A stretch of 57,298 nt of DNA from a virus, in IMG/VR virus record IMGVR_UViG_3300022670_000646, positions 1 through 57,298 of that record. One strand, given 5' to 3'. Both the position numbers and the translations under genes were made by a program. Below are positions 1 through 9,060 of the stretch, in pieces. Position 1 is the first letter of the stretch. Each line of letters begins with the position of its first letter. The notes under the pieces are model-generated. The model saw nothing but the letters and a program-made list of their open reading frames with translations, did no database searches and was not told the origin of the DNA.

Positions 1-144
1 CAACACTCCCCTCCTCACCTACCATTTTAGAAAGCAAAGCACCATTGGCGAAAGTGGCATTGGTTACTCTACATTCTATATCTCCTTCATGTGAACCCCC
101 GTAAGTTCCCACTGTTTCGTTGTGCAGCTTATTCACTCGGATAT
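1..144. repeat. Terminal direct repeat copy 1 (assembly overlap of a circular or circularly permuted genome)
   Basis: Bases 1-144 read identically to 57155-57298. The repeat lies inside an open minus-strand reading frame. Confidence 0.95.
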
Positions 145-853
145 ACGTCAGAGAGCTTTCAACAGCCGTCGTCCCGTTCATCGAAATTACTTCATCTTGG
201 TCAACACCAGTTGCCGACAGGCCATGTATCTCAACGCTTCTACAACCCAGGCCTGCTGATGTGTCTGCTGCATTTGAACTTTGTACTTTTATTTTTGCTG
301 CTGTGGTTTGCCAGTTTATATCCCCGCCACCAGGGTATATATCCTCATAAGCTGTATCAACGTCATCATTGTGTCCAAAAAAGAAGAACGATCTTCCGCC
401 CGGTATATGCTTACGGGCAAAATCCAAGTCAATTTCAGCAACCTGTCTTGTAGGAGTTGCATCAACTGTAGATTGTGGCTGTCCACCTCTGGTTATAAGA
501 ACGGGAGAAGCAGATGGATGGAAAATACACTGTAGTCTGAATAATGATTGCGCTGCACTACCATTTGTATAAACAACCCTAAAGAATTTAGCGGCTGGTT
601 TTAAGGCGTGAACCTGGAATGTTTTTGCTCCCAAGTCGCCTACAAGCTGAACGTCCCAATTTGAATTATCTTGTGAAAACTGTATTGAAAGTCCACTTGC
701 TGCGGCAGCGACATCCGATTTATATATTATCGAAACGGAGGCATATTTTGATACGTCCTCTCCAACACCTGTAAAAACAGCATCCCCGGCCAGAGTATCC
801 GTTGTGCTGTTGACGGTGCTGACCACCCCAAGTAATTCAAATCCTCTGCTCAT
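1..853 (-). CDS. Virion/tail-fibre-like structural protein, N-terminal 284 codons; the gene crosses the circular junction and continues at 57154..56796
   Basis: ATG at 853 in a TGATG junction. The minus frame stays open to base 1, so it is absent from the ORF track because it runs off the window. Through the 144-bp overlap it is in frame with ORF 56796..57290, giving a joined product of 403 aa. Confidence 0.7.
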   Translation of the reverse strand, partial: MSRGFELLGVVSTVNSTTDTLAGDAVFTGVGEDVSKYASVSIIYKSDVAAAASGLSIQFSQDNSNWDVQLVGDLGAKTFQVHALKPAAKFFRVVYTNGSAAQSLFRLQCIFHPSASPVLITRGGQPQSTVDATPTRQVAEIDLDFARKHIPGGRSFFFFGHNDDVDTAYEDIYPGGGDINWQTTAAKIKVQSSNAADTSAGLGCRSVEIHGLSATGVDQDEVISMNGTTAVESSLTYIRVNKLHNETVGTYGGSHEGDIECRVTNATFANGALLSKMVGEEGSV

Positions 854-867
854 CAGTACCAACCATC

Positions 868-1397
868 TATTTTTGTGCTAGCATAAACCACATGAAAAGA
901 CACGATATCACTGGGCGTCGATACGGTAGGCTTACCGTCAAAGAGTTTTCGCATAACGCTACCAAGCGTAATTTTTGGCTCTGTGTTTGTGACTGCGGGA
1001 AGGCACATACTGCATGGATTTCTCACCTTAATAACGGCCATATTCAAAGTTGCGGGTGTCTTTCCCGCGAGCGACTTCTTGAAAATGCGACAACGCACGG
1101 CATGTACGAATCTGTTGAATACAAAACATGGTCCGGAATGAAGCAAAGATGCAGCAATCAAAATCAGGCTGGCTTTAAAAATTATGGGGGCAGAGGAATT
1201 ACAGTATGCAAACGGTGGCTGAACTCGTTTGAGAATTTTTATGCCGACATGGGGGATAAACCATCTCCTGAACTCACAATTGAGCGCATTAATAATAACA
1301 AGGGGTATTCTCCAAGCAATTGCAAGTGGGCTACCCGTAGCGAACAAAACAGCAACAGGCGCAAATATAAGAGAAAACGTAAAGCTGTTCTTGTAAC
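868..1397 (+). mobile_element. Free-standing homing-endonuclease gene cassette inserted between two late structural genes
   Basis: Opposite-strand HNH-like ORF bounded by two copies of a DGWY-stop coding string (853-867 and 1398-1412) that differ only at synonymous positions. Confidence 0.5.
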
Positions 1398-1401
1398 CTA
1401 A
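892..1401 (+). CDS. HNH-family homing endonuclease-like protein
   Basis: 169 aa. It has the phage HNH-like layout GRRYGRLTV...CVCDCG...SCGC, then HGMYES.EYKTWSGMKQRC...NYGGRGITVCKRW...NCKWATRSEQ. It is on the opposite strand to the flanking operon. The 184-aa antisense ORF has a junk-like composition. Confidence 0.7.
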   Translation: MKRHDITGRRYGRLTVKEFSHNATKRNFWLCVCDCGKAHTAWISHLNNGHIQSCGCLSRERLLENATTHGMYESVEYKTWSGMKQRCSNQNQAGFKNYGGRGITVCKRWLNSFENFYADMGDKPSPELTIERINNNKGYSPSNCKWATRSEQNSNRRKYKRKRKAVLVT

Positions 1402-2033
1402 TACCATCCGTCAGTTCCTTCGTACTCAATGTCCAGTGTCTCGCCATCGCGCAACGTGAAATTCGTGTTCGCGCCGATCAGATGCTCCGAACCATCAGGT
1501 GCCAGTGTTAAATCATTTCCCGATGAACCCGAATTGATGATCTTGAAAGAGCGGCCTTGAACACCCGCAGGGAGTGTTGCAGTGAAAGCACCGCCGTCAG
1601 TGTTGCCAAATATGACCTCATCATCGTCGAGAATGGTGTACGTCCCGGTGACTCTGGTTGTGTTCTTAGTGCTTGCGGTGAACTCAATGGCGCTTACACC
1701 AATCGTAATGGGGTTGGCGCTTGAGACTTGGTAGTACGGATTGCTCCCAGCATTCACCGCTGTCACCGTAACTAACGTCCCCCTCGTGACGTCCCGATTG
1801 CCGTCGAAGTCAGCGGCTCGACCCCAGGCTGAGGTCTCGACATCGTAGATGCCGTTTTCAATTGGATTGGTCTGATCCTTGACCAGCACACGATCACCAG
1901 CGACCACTGCTATGCCATTGACCGTTTGTTGGCCGGACAGCGTCAGATTGGTGTTGCTAACGGCAATACACGGTGCCTTGATAGCAAGGGCTGCAATAAA
2001 GCTATCCACACGATATTTCTTGCTCGCAACCAT
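1398..2033 (-). CDS. Short tail fibre / receptor-binding protein sharing its N-terminal anchor domain with the tailspike
   Basis: 211 aa. The N-terminal ~105 aa are ~65% identical by eye to the N-terminus of ORF 40702..42714 (LAIKAPC..NLTLSG.QTVNG.AVVAGDRVLV...ENGIYD...SAW.RAAD.DGNRDV). ATGA overlap with the upstream gene. Confidence 0.7.
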   Translation of the reverse strand: MVASKKYRVDSFIAALAIKAPCIAVSNTNLTLSGQQTVNGIAVVAGDRVLVKDQTNPIENGIYDVETSAWGRAADFDGNRDVTRGTLVTVTAVNAGSNPYYQVSSANPITIGVSAIEFTASTKNTTRVTGTYTILDDDEVIFGNTDGGAFTATLPAGVQGRSFKIINSGSSGNDLTLAPDGSEHLIGANTNFTLRDGETLDIEYEGTDGWY

Positions 2034-2458
2034 CAGGCGCCCATGCCGGAATAATCCGACACCACCGATGTCACCGCATTGATATAGCTCGCGGTGACGG
2101 CCGCCTTGCCTTCTCGTGTGGCCGCTTCAGCACGAAAGATCAAGCCCTCGGCGTCATTTTGACCCGACCATAGGCGCGACAGGATGCGGTATTCACCCTC
2201 GGCGTTAAGGTCACCGAACAATGCCACCAATCCCGCGTCCGAGGTATTGCCGGTTTGTGCCGCGGCCAAGGCTAGGGCGCGCGAGTACATAAATTCCTTC
2301 TTGCGATCTTCTTCGGCCATCTCGCGCGTTGCCGCGGCCATGCGACGGTTTTTCGCCTCACGATAGGCCTCGGCCTCACGATCCTTGAGCTTTTTGATCT
2401 GCGCGCCCTTGTAGAGCTGGCCTAAGCCCTTGACAGCGATGACCGCTAAGTCAGCCAT
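2033..2458 (-). CDS. Hypothetical virion-module protein, Ala/Glu/Arg-rich
   Basis: 141-aa ORF with ATG at 2458, coupled to its neighbours and located in the tail module. Confidence 0.6.
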   Translation of the reverse strand: MADLAVIAVKGLGQLYKGAQIKKLKDREAEAYREAKNRRMAAATREMAEEDRKKEFMYSRALALAAAQTGNTSDAGLVALFGDLNAEGEYRILSRLWSGQNDAEGLIFRAEAATREGKAAVTASYINAVTSVVSDYSGMGA

Positions 2459-2895
2459 GCGTACACATCTCCTTGTAAGTGCGTCCAGCCGAGGCGATGC
2501 AACAATCTACAGCCCTCGGCATGCTCGGCAATCGCGACCACCGGGCCACGATATTCATCGCAAAAGCGCATGCTTGCCTTGATTACTCGGCAGATTGTGA
2601 TGGATCGCAGATACGGCTGCAACTTAGGATCGAAATCGCAGAAAAGTTTACCCACCTCAGATTCGCGAACGACACCGATAAGACCCACCACTTCACCGTC
2701 CATTTCGACCGCCATCGCCTTCAGTGTGGTAGCAGATGGCGCACCGTAAAAGTCAACGATGTCCTGCGCTCTGGCCAGTCGCGTCGTTATCGTTGCTGGA
2801 GCTTCTCGAGTGATTCGAACTCCGCAATCGCTGCCAGAACCGTGGCCGGTCTCGGTGCTGCTGCTTGTATGCATATTCTTGAATCCGTGTCCCAT
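2446..2895 (-). CDS. GNAT-like acetyltransferase (putative); start uncertain
   Basis: The C-terminal half resembles a GNAT fold (MAVEMDGEVVGLIGVV...RLLHRLGWTH). As drawn, the ORF overlaps the upstream 908-aa gene by 109 nt. There is no ATG/GTG/TTG between 2874 and the internal ATG of MAVEMDG. Confidence 0.45.
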   Translation of the reverse strand: MGHGFKNMHTSSSTETGHGSGSDCGVRITREAPATITTRLARAQDIVDFYGAPSATTLKAMAVEMDGEVVGLIGVVRESEVGKLFCDFDPKLQPYLRSITICRVIKASMRFCDEYRGPVVAIAEHAEGCRLLHRLGWTHLQGDVYAWLT

Positions 2896-5513
2896 TCCCC
2901 GCCGAAGGGGAAATTGTCCTCGTGGTAGCTGGCATGAATGGTATCTGCAGCCGTTACCTGGCTCTCCTCCACTAGCGGCAAATCCGACAGGTTCGAAAAA
3001 TCAGGACCGTACTGCAACCCCTGATAGTGCAGATTTTCCGCAATGAAGCCAAGCCGGTTGACCTTCTTACGCTCGAGAAGCCCGATGCCGTTTATCTCGC
3101 CGAGCTTGGTGGATTTGAACTGTGCCGTGTAACCCAGCCCGGCAACCACCTTAGACGCGGCTGTAGCCAAAGGATTTGTCAGTGCACCCGCCGCCGTCAC
3201 GGTATCCGTGCCCACGTCCTTACCATCAGCCCAAATGACAACTGTTTCACCGCGCAGATGAATAAGCTCCGTGGTAAATGGCGTGGTCGTCGCCGTGGAA
3301 TCGTAGAGCGCAAAGGAATCGGCTATTTTATTGAGCTGGCCACCAATGGCCTCAGATTCCAATGCCCACTTGACAATATGCCGCTCGGTGAGCGAGTTGA
3401 TCGTTCGTTTGACGACGTAATAAACCTGATCCTCGACCACACCTGGCAGTATCGCCACGTCCTCAATCAGTCCTGTCGCGCCCGGGCTGGTAATCTCTAT
3501 CCAGCAAATGACATTTTCCAGACGATCGTATACCAGCATGCCAAGCGTGCCATCGCTGCGCACACAGTGAATGCGCACATCAGGCTTCATCTGCACCGCA
3601 ATCTGTACAATGCCTATGGTGTTGAAATCTGGCGCAAAAATACTCAGATCAAGCGACTGGTAATCCTGCTGATCGAGGTTATAGAGCAGCTCGTACAGGC
3701 GCTGCTTGCTGCGATCGACGAACACGGCCTTGGAGCTGATCGTTTTGATATTGAAATTCGTCGGCGAGAGCGGTTCATCGAAGGAATTGGAACGCGCGCC
3801 TAATGGACGGTTGCCATCCATTTTTGCGGCAGCGACGTTAGCTGAATTGTCTGCCGTACCAAACAGTAACCGTCCCATCGATATCAGCCAATGAATAACC
3901 CTGATGGGCCCGGAGCCGATAGACCTTGAGATCGGGGCGGCATCGCCCACAAAATTATCATCAAAACTCTCATATCGATCCGAGATCGAGCCCCAAATAT
4001 TGTCTCTGCCAGCCCACCACAAGCGTCCTTCATGAATAGTGGTCGAAGTAGGCCAGCCGCGGCGATCCGACCACTCACCCTCCCACCAGTCCTTGCTGGC
4101 AGTGATGGCACCAAAGTCTTTCAATACCTGAGCGGTGACCACCGTTGAACTGGTAAATGCGATAACTCTCGCTACGCCTTGAATCGAACCGCCCGTGTAA
4201 TTCAGGCCAACGGTCGCTGTGCCGGAGGTGTAATCGCCGGTTTTAATGCCAATGCGATAAAAGATAATTTGATCGTCTTGGCCATCATTCAGGTTTGTCG
4301 ACACGGGTGCCGTCCAGGTTAAACCCTGATCATTCCAGGGACCATCGTCGGCGAATGCAAACTGCAAGGTGACGGTTGCGACAAAGGTGCCTGAGATAGT
4401 GATACCAAAATTGCGCGCATCGCCCTTGCCAATAACGCGAATTGCATCGCTAAAGTCATCGGCCCCGGAAATCGCTTTGGTTACAGTCTGGCCTTGGGAG
4501 GCAATACGCCAGATCGATCGATTGTCGGCGTGCTCCTGCCTGAATATGCCCTCGCTGGCCGTCAAGGTAATATCACCGATCAGGGCAGATGGCACCAGCG
4601 TTATTCCAGAGACATTTTGCACCCTGAAGGGTCCGTCCTCGGGCAGGTAGTCGACCACTGACCAGGACGTGCCATCGCCACGACGCTCTACCTTCTGCGT
4701 CCTGACACCATCGGCGGCAAAGTACATCACATCGGCCGATTGATCCCATCGCAAGTTGTCGCGATCGGCTGCCGATGCCCATGGCGTTATCAGTGACAGA
4801 CTGCTGGTGGCGTTTTGCATGATGCACTGCGTCACGCGCACGTTGAATTCACGTTCATTGGCAAACTCAACGGTGAAATTTGCGCCCGGTGTGAAACTTA
4901 ACGAGTGCTCGCCCCGGTCCAGTCTGACCTCAGCGATATAATCGTCATCGCCTGCGGTAGAGCCAACCTTGAATCTGACCGGACCATCGACTACTCGTAC
5001 TAACACCCGATGTTGCTTGTTCTGATCGCCGCCTGCGACCGCGACGGTCTGGCGCAAAATGCCAAAATCGGTGCCATCGCCTTTCATGCCGGCATAACCG
5101 CCAACCAGCCAGGTAACGGAACCGCCCGTTTGCGAAGCATCCGTCCAACTGCTGATGTCGGAGCCAAAACCAGTATTGAGGAGCTGTGAGGCCGGCGCAT
5201 CTGTTGTGGTGACGATATGCAAATCGGTCAACGGATCGATGATTAACATAATGCTCGCGGTCAATTCCAGCAAGGCTTGATCATCGACGCCAAAGGTAAA
5301 CGGCACCAGCCGGCCACGGTTGTTAACGCCATTATTCAGGAAGTCTACAAATTTGTTGCCAGGCCTGAGCATCATCGAGCCCAACACCCGCGGTATCCAG
5401 TTGGTCTGGGTCTCAGCCGACATCGCCATGCGCGCGATATCGATGCGCGCCAGACCGCGCGAGGAAATTATTCCACGGTTAAAAGCTAAAAGCAGTTTGT
5501 TGCCGATGGCCAT
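2787..5513 (-). CDS. Tail tubular protein B-like (nozzle) protein
   Basis: 908 aa, immediately downstream of the 215-aa adaptor-like gene in T7-type A-then-B order. TAATG coupling at 5513. Structural-module synteny. Confidence 0.55.
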   Translation of the reverse strand: MAIGNKLLLAFNRGIISSRGLARIDIARMAMSAETQTNWIPRVLGSMMLRPGNKFVDFLNNGVNNRGRLVPFTFGVDDQALLELTASIMLIIDPLTDLHIVTTTDAPASQLLNTGFGSDISSWTDASQTGGSVTWLVGGYAGMKGDGTDFGILRQTVAVAGGDQNKQHRVLVRVVDGPVRFKVGSTAGDDDYIAEVRLDRGEHSLSFTPGANFTVEFANEREFNVRVTQCIMQNATSSLSLITPWASAADRDNLRWDQSADVMYFAADGVRTQKVERRGDGTSWSVVDYLPEDGPFRVQNVSGITLVPSALIGDITLTASEGIFRQEHADNRSIWRIASQGQTVTKAISGADDFSDAIRVIGKGDARNFGITISGTFVATVTLQFAFADDGPWNDQGLTWTAPVSTNLNDGQDDQIIFYRIGIKTGDYTSGTATVGLNYTGGSIQGVARVIAFTSSTVVTAQVLKDFGAITASKDWWEGEWSDRRGWPTSTTIHEGRLWWAGRDNIWGSISDRYESFDDNFVGDAAPISRSIGSGPIRVIHWLISMGRLLFGTADNSANVAAAKMDGNRPLGARSNSFDEPLSPTNFNIKTISSKAVFVDRSKQRLYELLYNLDQQDYQSLDLSIFAPDFNTIGIVQIAVQMKPDVRIHCVRSDGTLGMLVYDRLENVICWIEITSPGATGLIEDVAILPGVVEDQVYYVVKRTINSLTERHIVKWALESEAIGGQLNKIADSFALYDSTATTTPFTTELIHLRGETVVIWADGKDVGTDTVTAAGALTNPLATAASKVVAGLGYTAQFKSTKLGEINGIGLLERKKVNRLGFIAENLHYQGLQYGPDFSNLSDLPLVEESQVTAADTIHASYHEDNFPFGGEWDTDSRICIQAAAPRPATVLAAIAEFESLEKLQQR

Positions 5514-6160
5514 TAGCCGATCAGTTGACTACGATTGCCCCGATCGCGCCGCCCGGTACGAAATCCGCGCCGCGCCTTTGACCAGCCGCCCTCTGGCGGG
5601 AAGGCTGCTGGCGATTCCATGGCATCGGTCGCTTTGGCTTTCAAGAGCATGCGGTCCATTTTTTTCTCGAGCGAATCGATGCTGATATTAAGCCCCACCA
5701 GACGCGGCGCCACTTTATATCCTAAATAGTGCTCCACGTACTCAGCGAAATTCGCCGGCCACAACGAGAAATCGCCGCCGAACTGAATGTCATTGGAGAC
5801 ATACTGAAAATAGATGACCTCGGTATCGCAGAACAGCCAGGCCGACTCATCCGAATACGCGGTAATCGGCACGTTGAAGCGGTCGTCGTAAGCCACTTGC
5901 ATGGTGCGAATGAAATCGGTCGGTTTATCGAAGGCAAACTGATAACCGAAGGATGGCGTGGTGGACGTTGAGGCCTGTAACTCCACCGAGCGTGCCGCGA
6001 AATTCCATTGCCCGTGCTGCAACACCCGGTCGATCAGGTTGTTGTCATAAACGTCATCTAGCTTGAAGCGCGGCTCACGATTTTCCGTGATATTAGCCAA
6101 CTTGCGCTCGCCAACCACTGTCAAAGCGCCGTTGTAGAGAGAAAGTTTTGAGACGGACAT
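5513..6160 (-). CDS. Tail tubular protein A-like (adaptor) protein
   Basis: 215 aa. The N-terminal LSLYNGALTVVGERKL motif is typical of podovirus gp11-like adaptors. Strong SD (AAGGAGAG) upstream of ATG 6160. Confidence 0.5.
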   Translation of the reverse strand: MSVSKLSLYNGALTVVGERKLANITENREPRFKLDDVYDNNLIDRVLQHGQWNFAARSVELQASTSTTPSFGYQFAFDKPTDFIRTMQVAYDDRFNVPITAYSDESAWLFCDTEVIYFQYVSNDIQFGGDFSLWPANFAEYVEHYLGYKVAPRLVGLNISIDSLEKKMDRMLLKAKATDAMESPAAFPPEGGWSKARRGFRTGRRDRGNRSQLIG

Positions 6161-6225
6161 TATTTTGCTCTCCTTTACTTACTCCAGCCAGCGCGTCCCT
6201 GCGCTCGTGTTCAGTCCTTGATCGA

Positions 6226-6741
6226 CTATCGGTTCACTGCTGCCTGATGATTCTTGGCATAGCGTCGAGCAAGGTCCTCGGTTTCGAATCCGTCCTTGAG
6301 CGGAGCACCGTCGCGAAGCACACGCCATTTGTGATGACTGCCGGCATGCTCAACTTTGTATCGAGAAGGCACAGAAACAGGCGGCGTCGAGGGCTTGAGA
6401 TCATAGAGCACCTTTTTCACGAGATGCACAAATAAGTGCTCTGAACCCGTAACGTGCAACACCAGCTCCCAGGCCATGTCATCAGGCCGCACGATAATCT
6501 CATCGCCGGGCTTGATCATGCGCGCGACATTGGCCCAGTAGCCACCATCAAGGATTTGCTCAACTGTCGTGCCCTTCTCGCACGTCACCATCCAGGGATT
6601 GCGAACCTCGGCGGCTAACTGAAAGCGCGATTGGGTGATCGGGTTGGCCTTTACAAAAGGCTTCTCGGGTATTTTTGCAGCATCCGTGCCAGTGTCAGGA
6701 GCGTCTTGCTCCTCGGGTAATTTTTCTGCTGCTTCCGACAT
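6226..6741 (-). CDS. Hypothetical head/tail-module protein
   Basis: 171-aa ORF with a GGAGAA SD before ATG 6741. Confidence 0.65.
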   Translation of the reverse strand: MSEAAEKLPEEQDAPDTGTDAAKIPEKPFVKANPITQSRFQLAAEVRNPWMVTCEKGTTVEQILDGGYWANVARMIKPGDEIIVRPDDMAWELVLHVTGSEHLFVHLVKKVLYDLKPSTPPVSVPSRYKVEHAGSHHKWRVLRDGAPLKDGFETEDLARRYAKNHQAAVNR

Positions 6742-6889
6742 TTAGGTTCTCCAAAACAAGAAATGGGCCAGCCCTTATGAACTCGCCCAGCATTGTCGCG
6801 CAAAGTGAACCATTACGCCAATATCATATGGCTGTTCGCAATTGGACATCTTAGGAAACTCAGTGATTCCTGAATATGATTGCATTCCT

Positions 6890-6919
6890 TTGCCGTTGCA
6901 CTAAGCTAATCAGTATAGA
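6890..6919 (+). promoter_or_regulatory. Candidate sigma70-type promoter for the moron gene
   Basis: TTGCCG, 18-nt spacer, TATAGA, about 30 nt upstream of RBS GGGAGAA and ATG 6949. Confidence 0.3.
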
Positions 6920-6948
6920 TTGCATTTTGTCAATCTTGGGAGAACATC

Positions 6949-7659
6949 ATGAAACACATCCTATGGCTGGCACTCCTACTGCCAAGTATTGCATTCCCCG
7001 GACCATTCACAAAAGCCTTCTGCGACGCTAATCCGTCAGATGGTATCTGTGTTGGCTTCAATCTGGATCGGGCAGAAGTCGATGCAAATGAGGCTGCTAT
7101 AGCGGATCACGAAGTTCGTATCGTTACGCTGGAAGATGCACCCGAACCTCCAGTTGAGCCATTCGTCGCGAGACTTGGAGCGGCCGATTCCGTTGGCACG
7201 GTTTTCAATAGCTTCATTCAAGCCAGCGGCCCAGAGGACGTTAAAACAGATTTTACTATCTTTGTTCGGCAGCCAGATGGGACATTCGCTACTGTTGGCA
7301 TTGAGGCCAGTAAGGGCGGTCATTGGGGAACCGGCAATCTTAGGTATTCAGGATCAGGCTGCACTGGCACGGCATATTACATCGCTGCTTGGAGTTTTAG
7401 TTCATTAGGTGGCGATGAAGGCTCGATTGTTATCAGCGCACAGGTTGGCTTCGATGGCATTCCTTACGCTTTCAGCATAGGCCCGTTGTTTTCGGCAACT
7501 GTGGCCTCTAAGTCGGTGCCTGGACATCCGATAACGGCACCAGTTTGCAGTGATTTCTCACCTTTTGTGCAAACTGGTTTGAGATTTGCGATACCAGTTC
7601 AAGGGCTACCAGCGGTTGTAATGCCGCCTTCGGTTGCTGCGATACAGTTGAGTACATAG
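6949..7659 (+). CDS. Secreted protein of unknown function (moron)
   Basis: 236 aa with an N-terminal signal peptide (MKHILWLALLLPSIAFPG). It is on the opposite strand inside the late operon, looks lower in GC by eye, and has its own RBS and a downstream hairpin. Confidence 0.7.
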   Translation: MKHILWLALLLPSIAFPGPFTKAFCDANPSDGICVGFNLDRAEVDANEAAIADHEVRIVTLEDAPEPPVEPFVARLGAADSVGTVFNSFIQASGPEDVKTDFTIFVRQPDGTFATVGIEASKGGHWGTGNLRYSGSGCTGTAYYIAAWSFSSLGGDEGSIVISAQVGFDGIPYAFSIGPLFSATVASKSVPGHPITAPVCSDFSPFVQTGLRFAIPVQGLPAVVMPPSVAAIQLST

Positions 7660-7686
7660 GAAGCGTGTGACTTAGTCACATAGGAA

Positions 7687-7715
7687 AGGGGCCGACCCAA
7701 AATGAGCCGGCCCCT
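7687..7715. terminator. Stem-loop between convergent genes (candidate bidirectional terminator)
   Basis: AGGGGCCG (7687-7694) pairs with CGGCCCCT (7708-7715). On the minus strand it is followed by TTTCCT. Confidence 0.55.
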
Positions 7716-7738
7716 GCATTGTTACCGAAACGAAACCC

Positions 7739-8017
7739 TTATGCCAACTGGATCATCGTAACGTCGCCATTGGCGGCCACTACCGTCACGAGACACAGAT
7801 CCATCGACGCAAGATCATCAATGACAATGACGGTATCGTTGAGTTGTAGACCCTTATCGCCTCCATCGTCAATGTAACCGGCAGCGATGATCGTAGCCAC
7901 AGCATCGGCCGCAGAACGATACGACCACAGAGCTGTAGTCGCGCCGGCATCAGCAGAATCCTCGCCCGTACCGAGGCGCGGAATCATGACAACTAGATTT
8001 TTAGTCAAATATGCCAT
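7739..8017 (-). CDS. Small head-module protein (hypothetical)
   Basis: 92 aa. Strong SD (AAGGAGG) before ATG 8017, directly downstream of the capsid gene. Confidence 0.65.
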   Translation of the reverse strand: MAYLTKNLVVMIPRLGTGEDSADAGATTALWSYRSAADAVATIIAAGYIDDGGDKGLQLNDTVIVIDDLASMDLCLVTVVAANGDVTMIQLA

Positions 8018-8028
8018 CTCAGACCTCC

Positions 8029-8883
8029 TTATACGCCAACCAGAGAGCTGCCGTCATGGTTGATAACCACGACACCGCTATTCTGGAGCAGTTGTGAGCC
8101 CATGTAAATCGAGCAACGCGCCCAGGAATAATCCTGTTCCTCATCGTAGCCCGCCCGAGCCTCCAGATCGTCCGCGTTATAGGCATGGCCTATCGAGGAT
8201 TTGTGGAAGCAAAAACATTTCTCTGCATTGGTGCCAACACCCGGCAGATTCGGATGCACGACCCACATCATGTTCAGCCACATATACGAAATTGGCTTGT
8301 CGCGCCAGGCCGGGTCCGCGTAGCGGGTCGGGCCGCCGTCGATGTATTCGCGAGAGCCAAATTCCTTGACCTGCATCATGAACGCCTCATAAGCCGGCGT
8401 CACCAACATGCAGATGTTTGAATCCCACGGTACTTCAGCAACACCGAGAATGGTTTTGGCGCGCAGGGTAAGACCCAGATCCGCCGTCACCGCTGACGTA
8501 CCGGCCGTGACTGTGGCCGTGTTCAGTTCGGTGATGATGTCCTGATCGATCTTACGATTGATGACGCCCATGCAGGTCTGCTGCATGATCGCGCGCTGAT
8601 TGCCTTGCGAAGCGAAGATGTTGAAATCTGTCTTTCGAACCAGATCGTGCCACTCGACCAGCGTTGCAACCGGCTGGCTGAGGTTATCGCCGCGTGCCGG
8701 AATGAGACCGTTTACGCCACGAGTTTTAGCGGTAGCACCGCCAGAATCAGCTACCAGAAAGGTCGCCTGATTGCCCTTGATGACCGCTTCTGTGGTCACA
8801 AAAGAGCGCAACAGGGACTGGAGCTGCTCGAACCCGGCAATGAATTCCTGCCGGTATTGAATTTGGAACGCTGTCTCGGCCAC
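8029..8883 (-). CDS. Major capsid protein
   Basis: 284 aa with a GTG start after GGGAGAG. Portal-scaffold-capsid synteny. Codon usage is typical of highly expressed genes (0 of 13 Arg codons are AGR). Confidence 0.75.
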   Translation of the reverse strand: MAETAFQIQYRQEFIAGFEQLQSLLRSFVTTEAVIKGNQATFLVADSGGATAKTRGVNGLIPARGDNLSQPVATLVEWHDLVRKTDFNIFASQGNQRAIMQQTCMGVINRKIDQDIITELNTATVTAGTSAVTADLGLTLRAKTILGVAEVPWDSNICMLVTPAYEAFMMQVKEFGSREYIDGGPTRYADPAWRDKPISYMWLNMMWVVHPNLPGVGTNAEKCFCFHKSSIGHAYNADDLEARAGYDEEQDYSWARCSIYMGSQLLQNSGVVVINHDGSSLVGV

Positions 8884-9030
8884 AATGGCTCTCCCAAAAA
8901 AGAATAGGTCCGTTATTCATCATCGGGGTAGCCTGGGGAGCGGCTGAGGGGTGGCCTTGCGGGGCCTCAGTATCGTCGGCAGGAGCCGGTTTGTCGCTGT
9001 CGGGGCCTGAAAGGGGTGTCCGACAATGCG

Positions 9031-9060
9031 AATATAGCGCAGGTCACTGGCTTACATCAA
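9031..9060 (-). promoter_or_regulatory. Candidate sigma70-type promoter upstream of the capsid gene
   Basis: On the minus strand: TTGATG (9060-9055), 18-nt spacer, TATATT (9036-9031). Confidence 0.3.

Noticed and set aside
853-1407. 184-aa minus-strand ORF covering the HNH gene region
   Set aside because: It is antisense to a plus-strand ORF with clear HNH-family motifs and its sequence is junk-like. Its only meaningful part is the terminal DGWY-stop string, which I interpret as an insertion footprint.
2805-2830. tRNA-like TTCGAA strings (here and at about 6281)
   Set aside because: No flanking T-stem, acceptor stem or anticodon arm could be drawn, and both lie inside coding sequence. No tRNA is called anywhere in the window.
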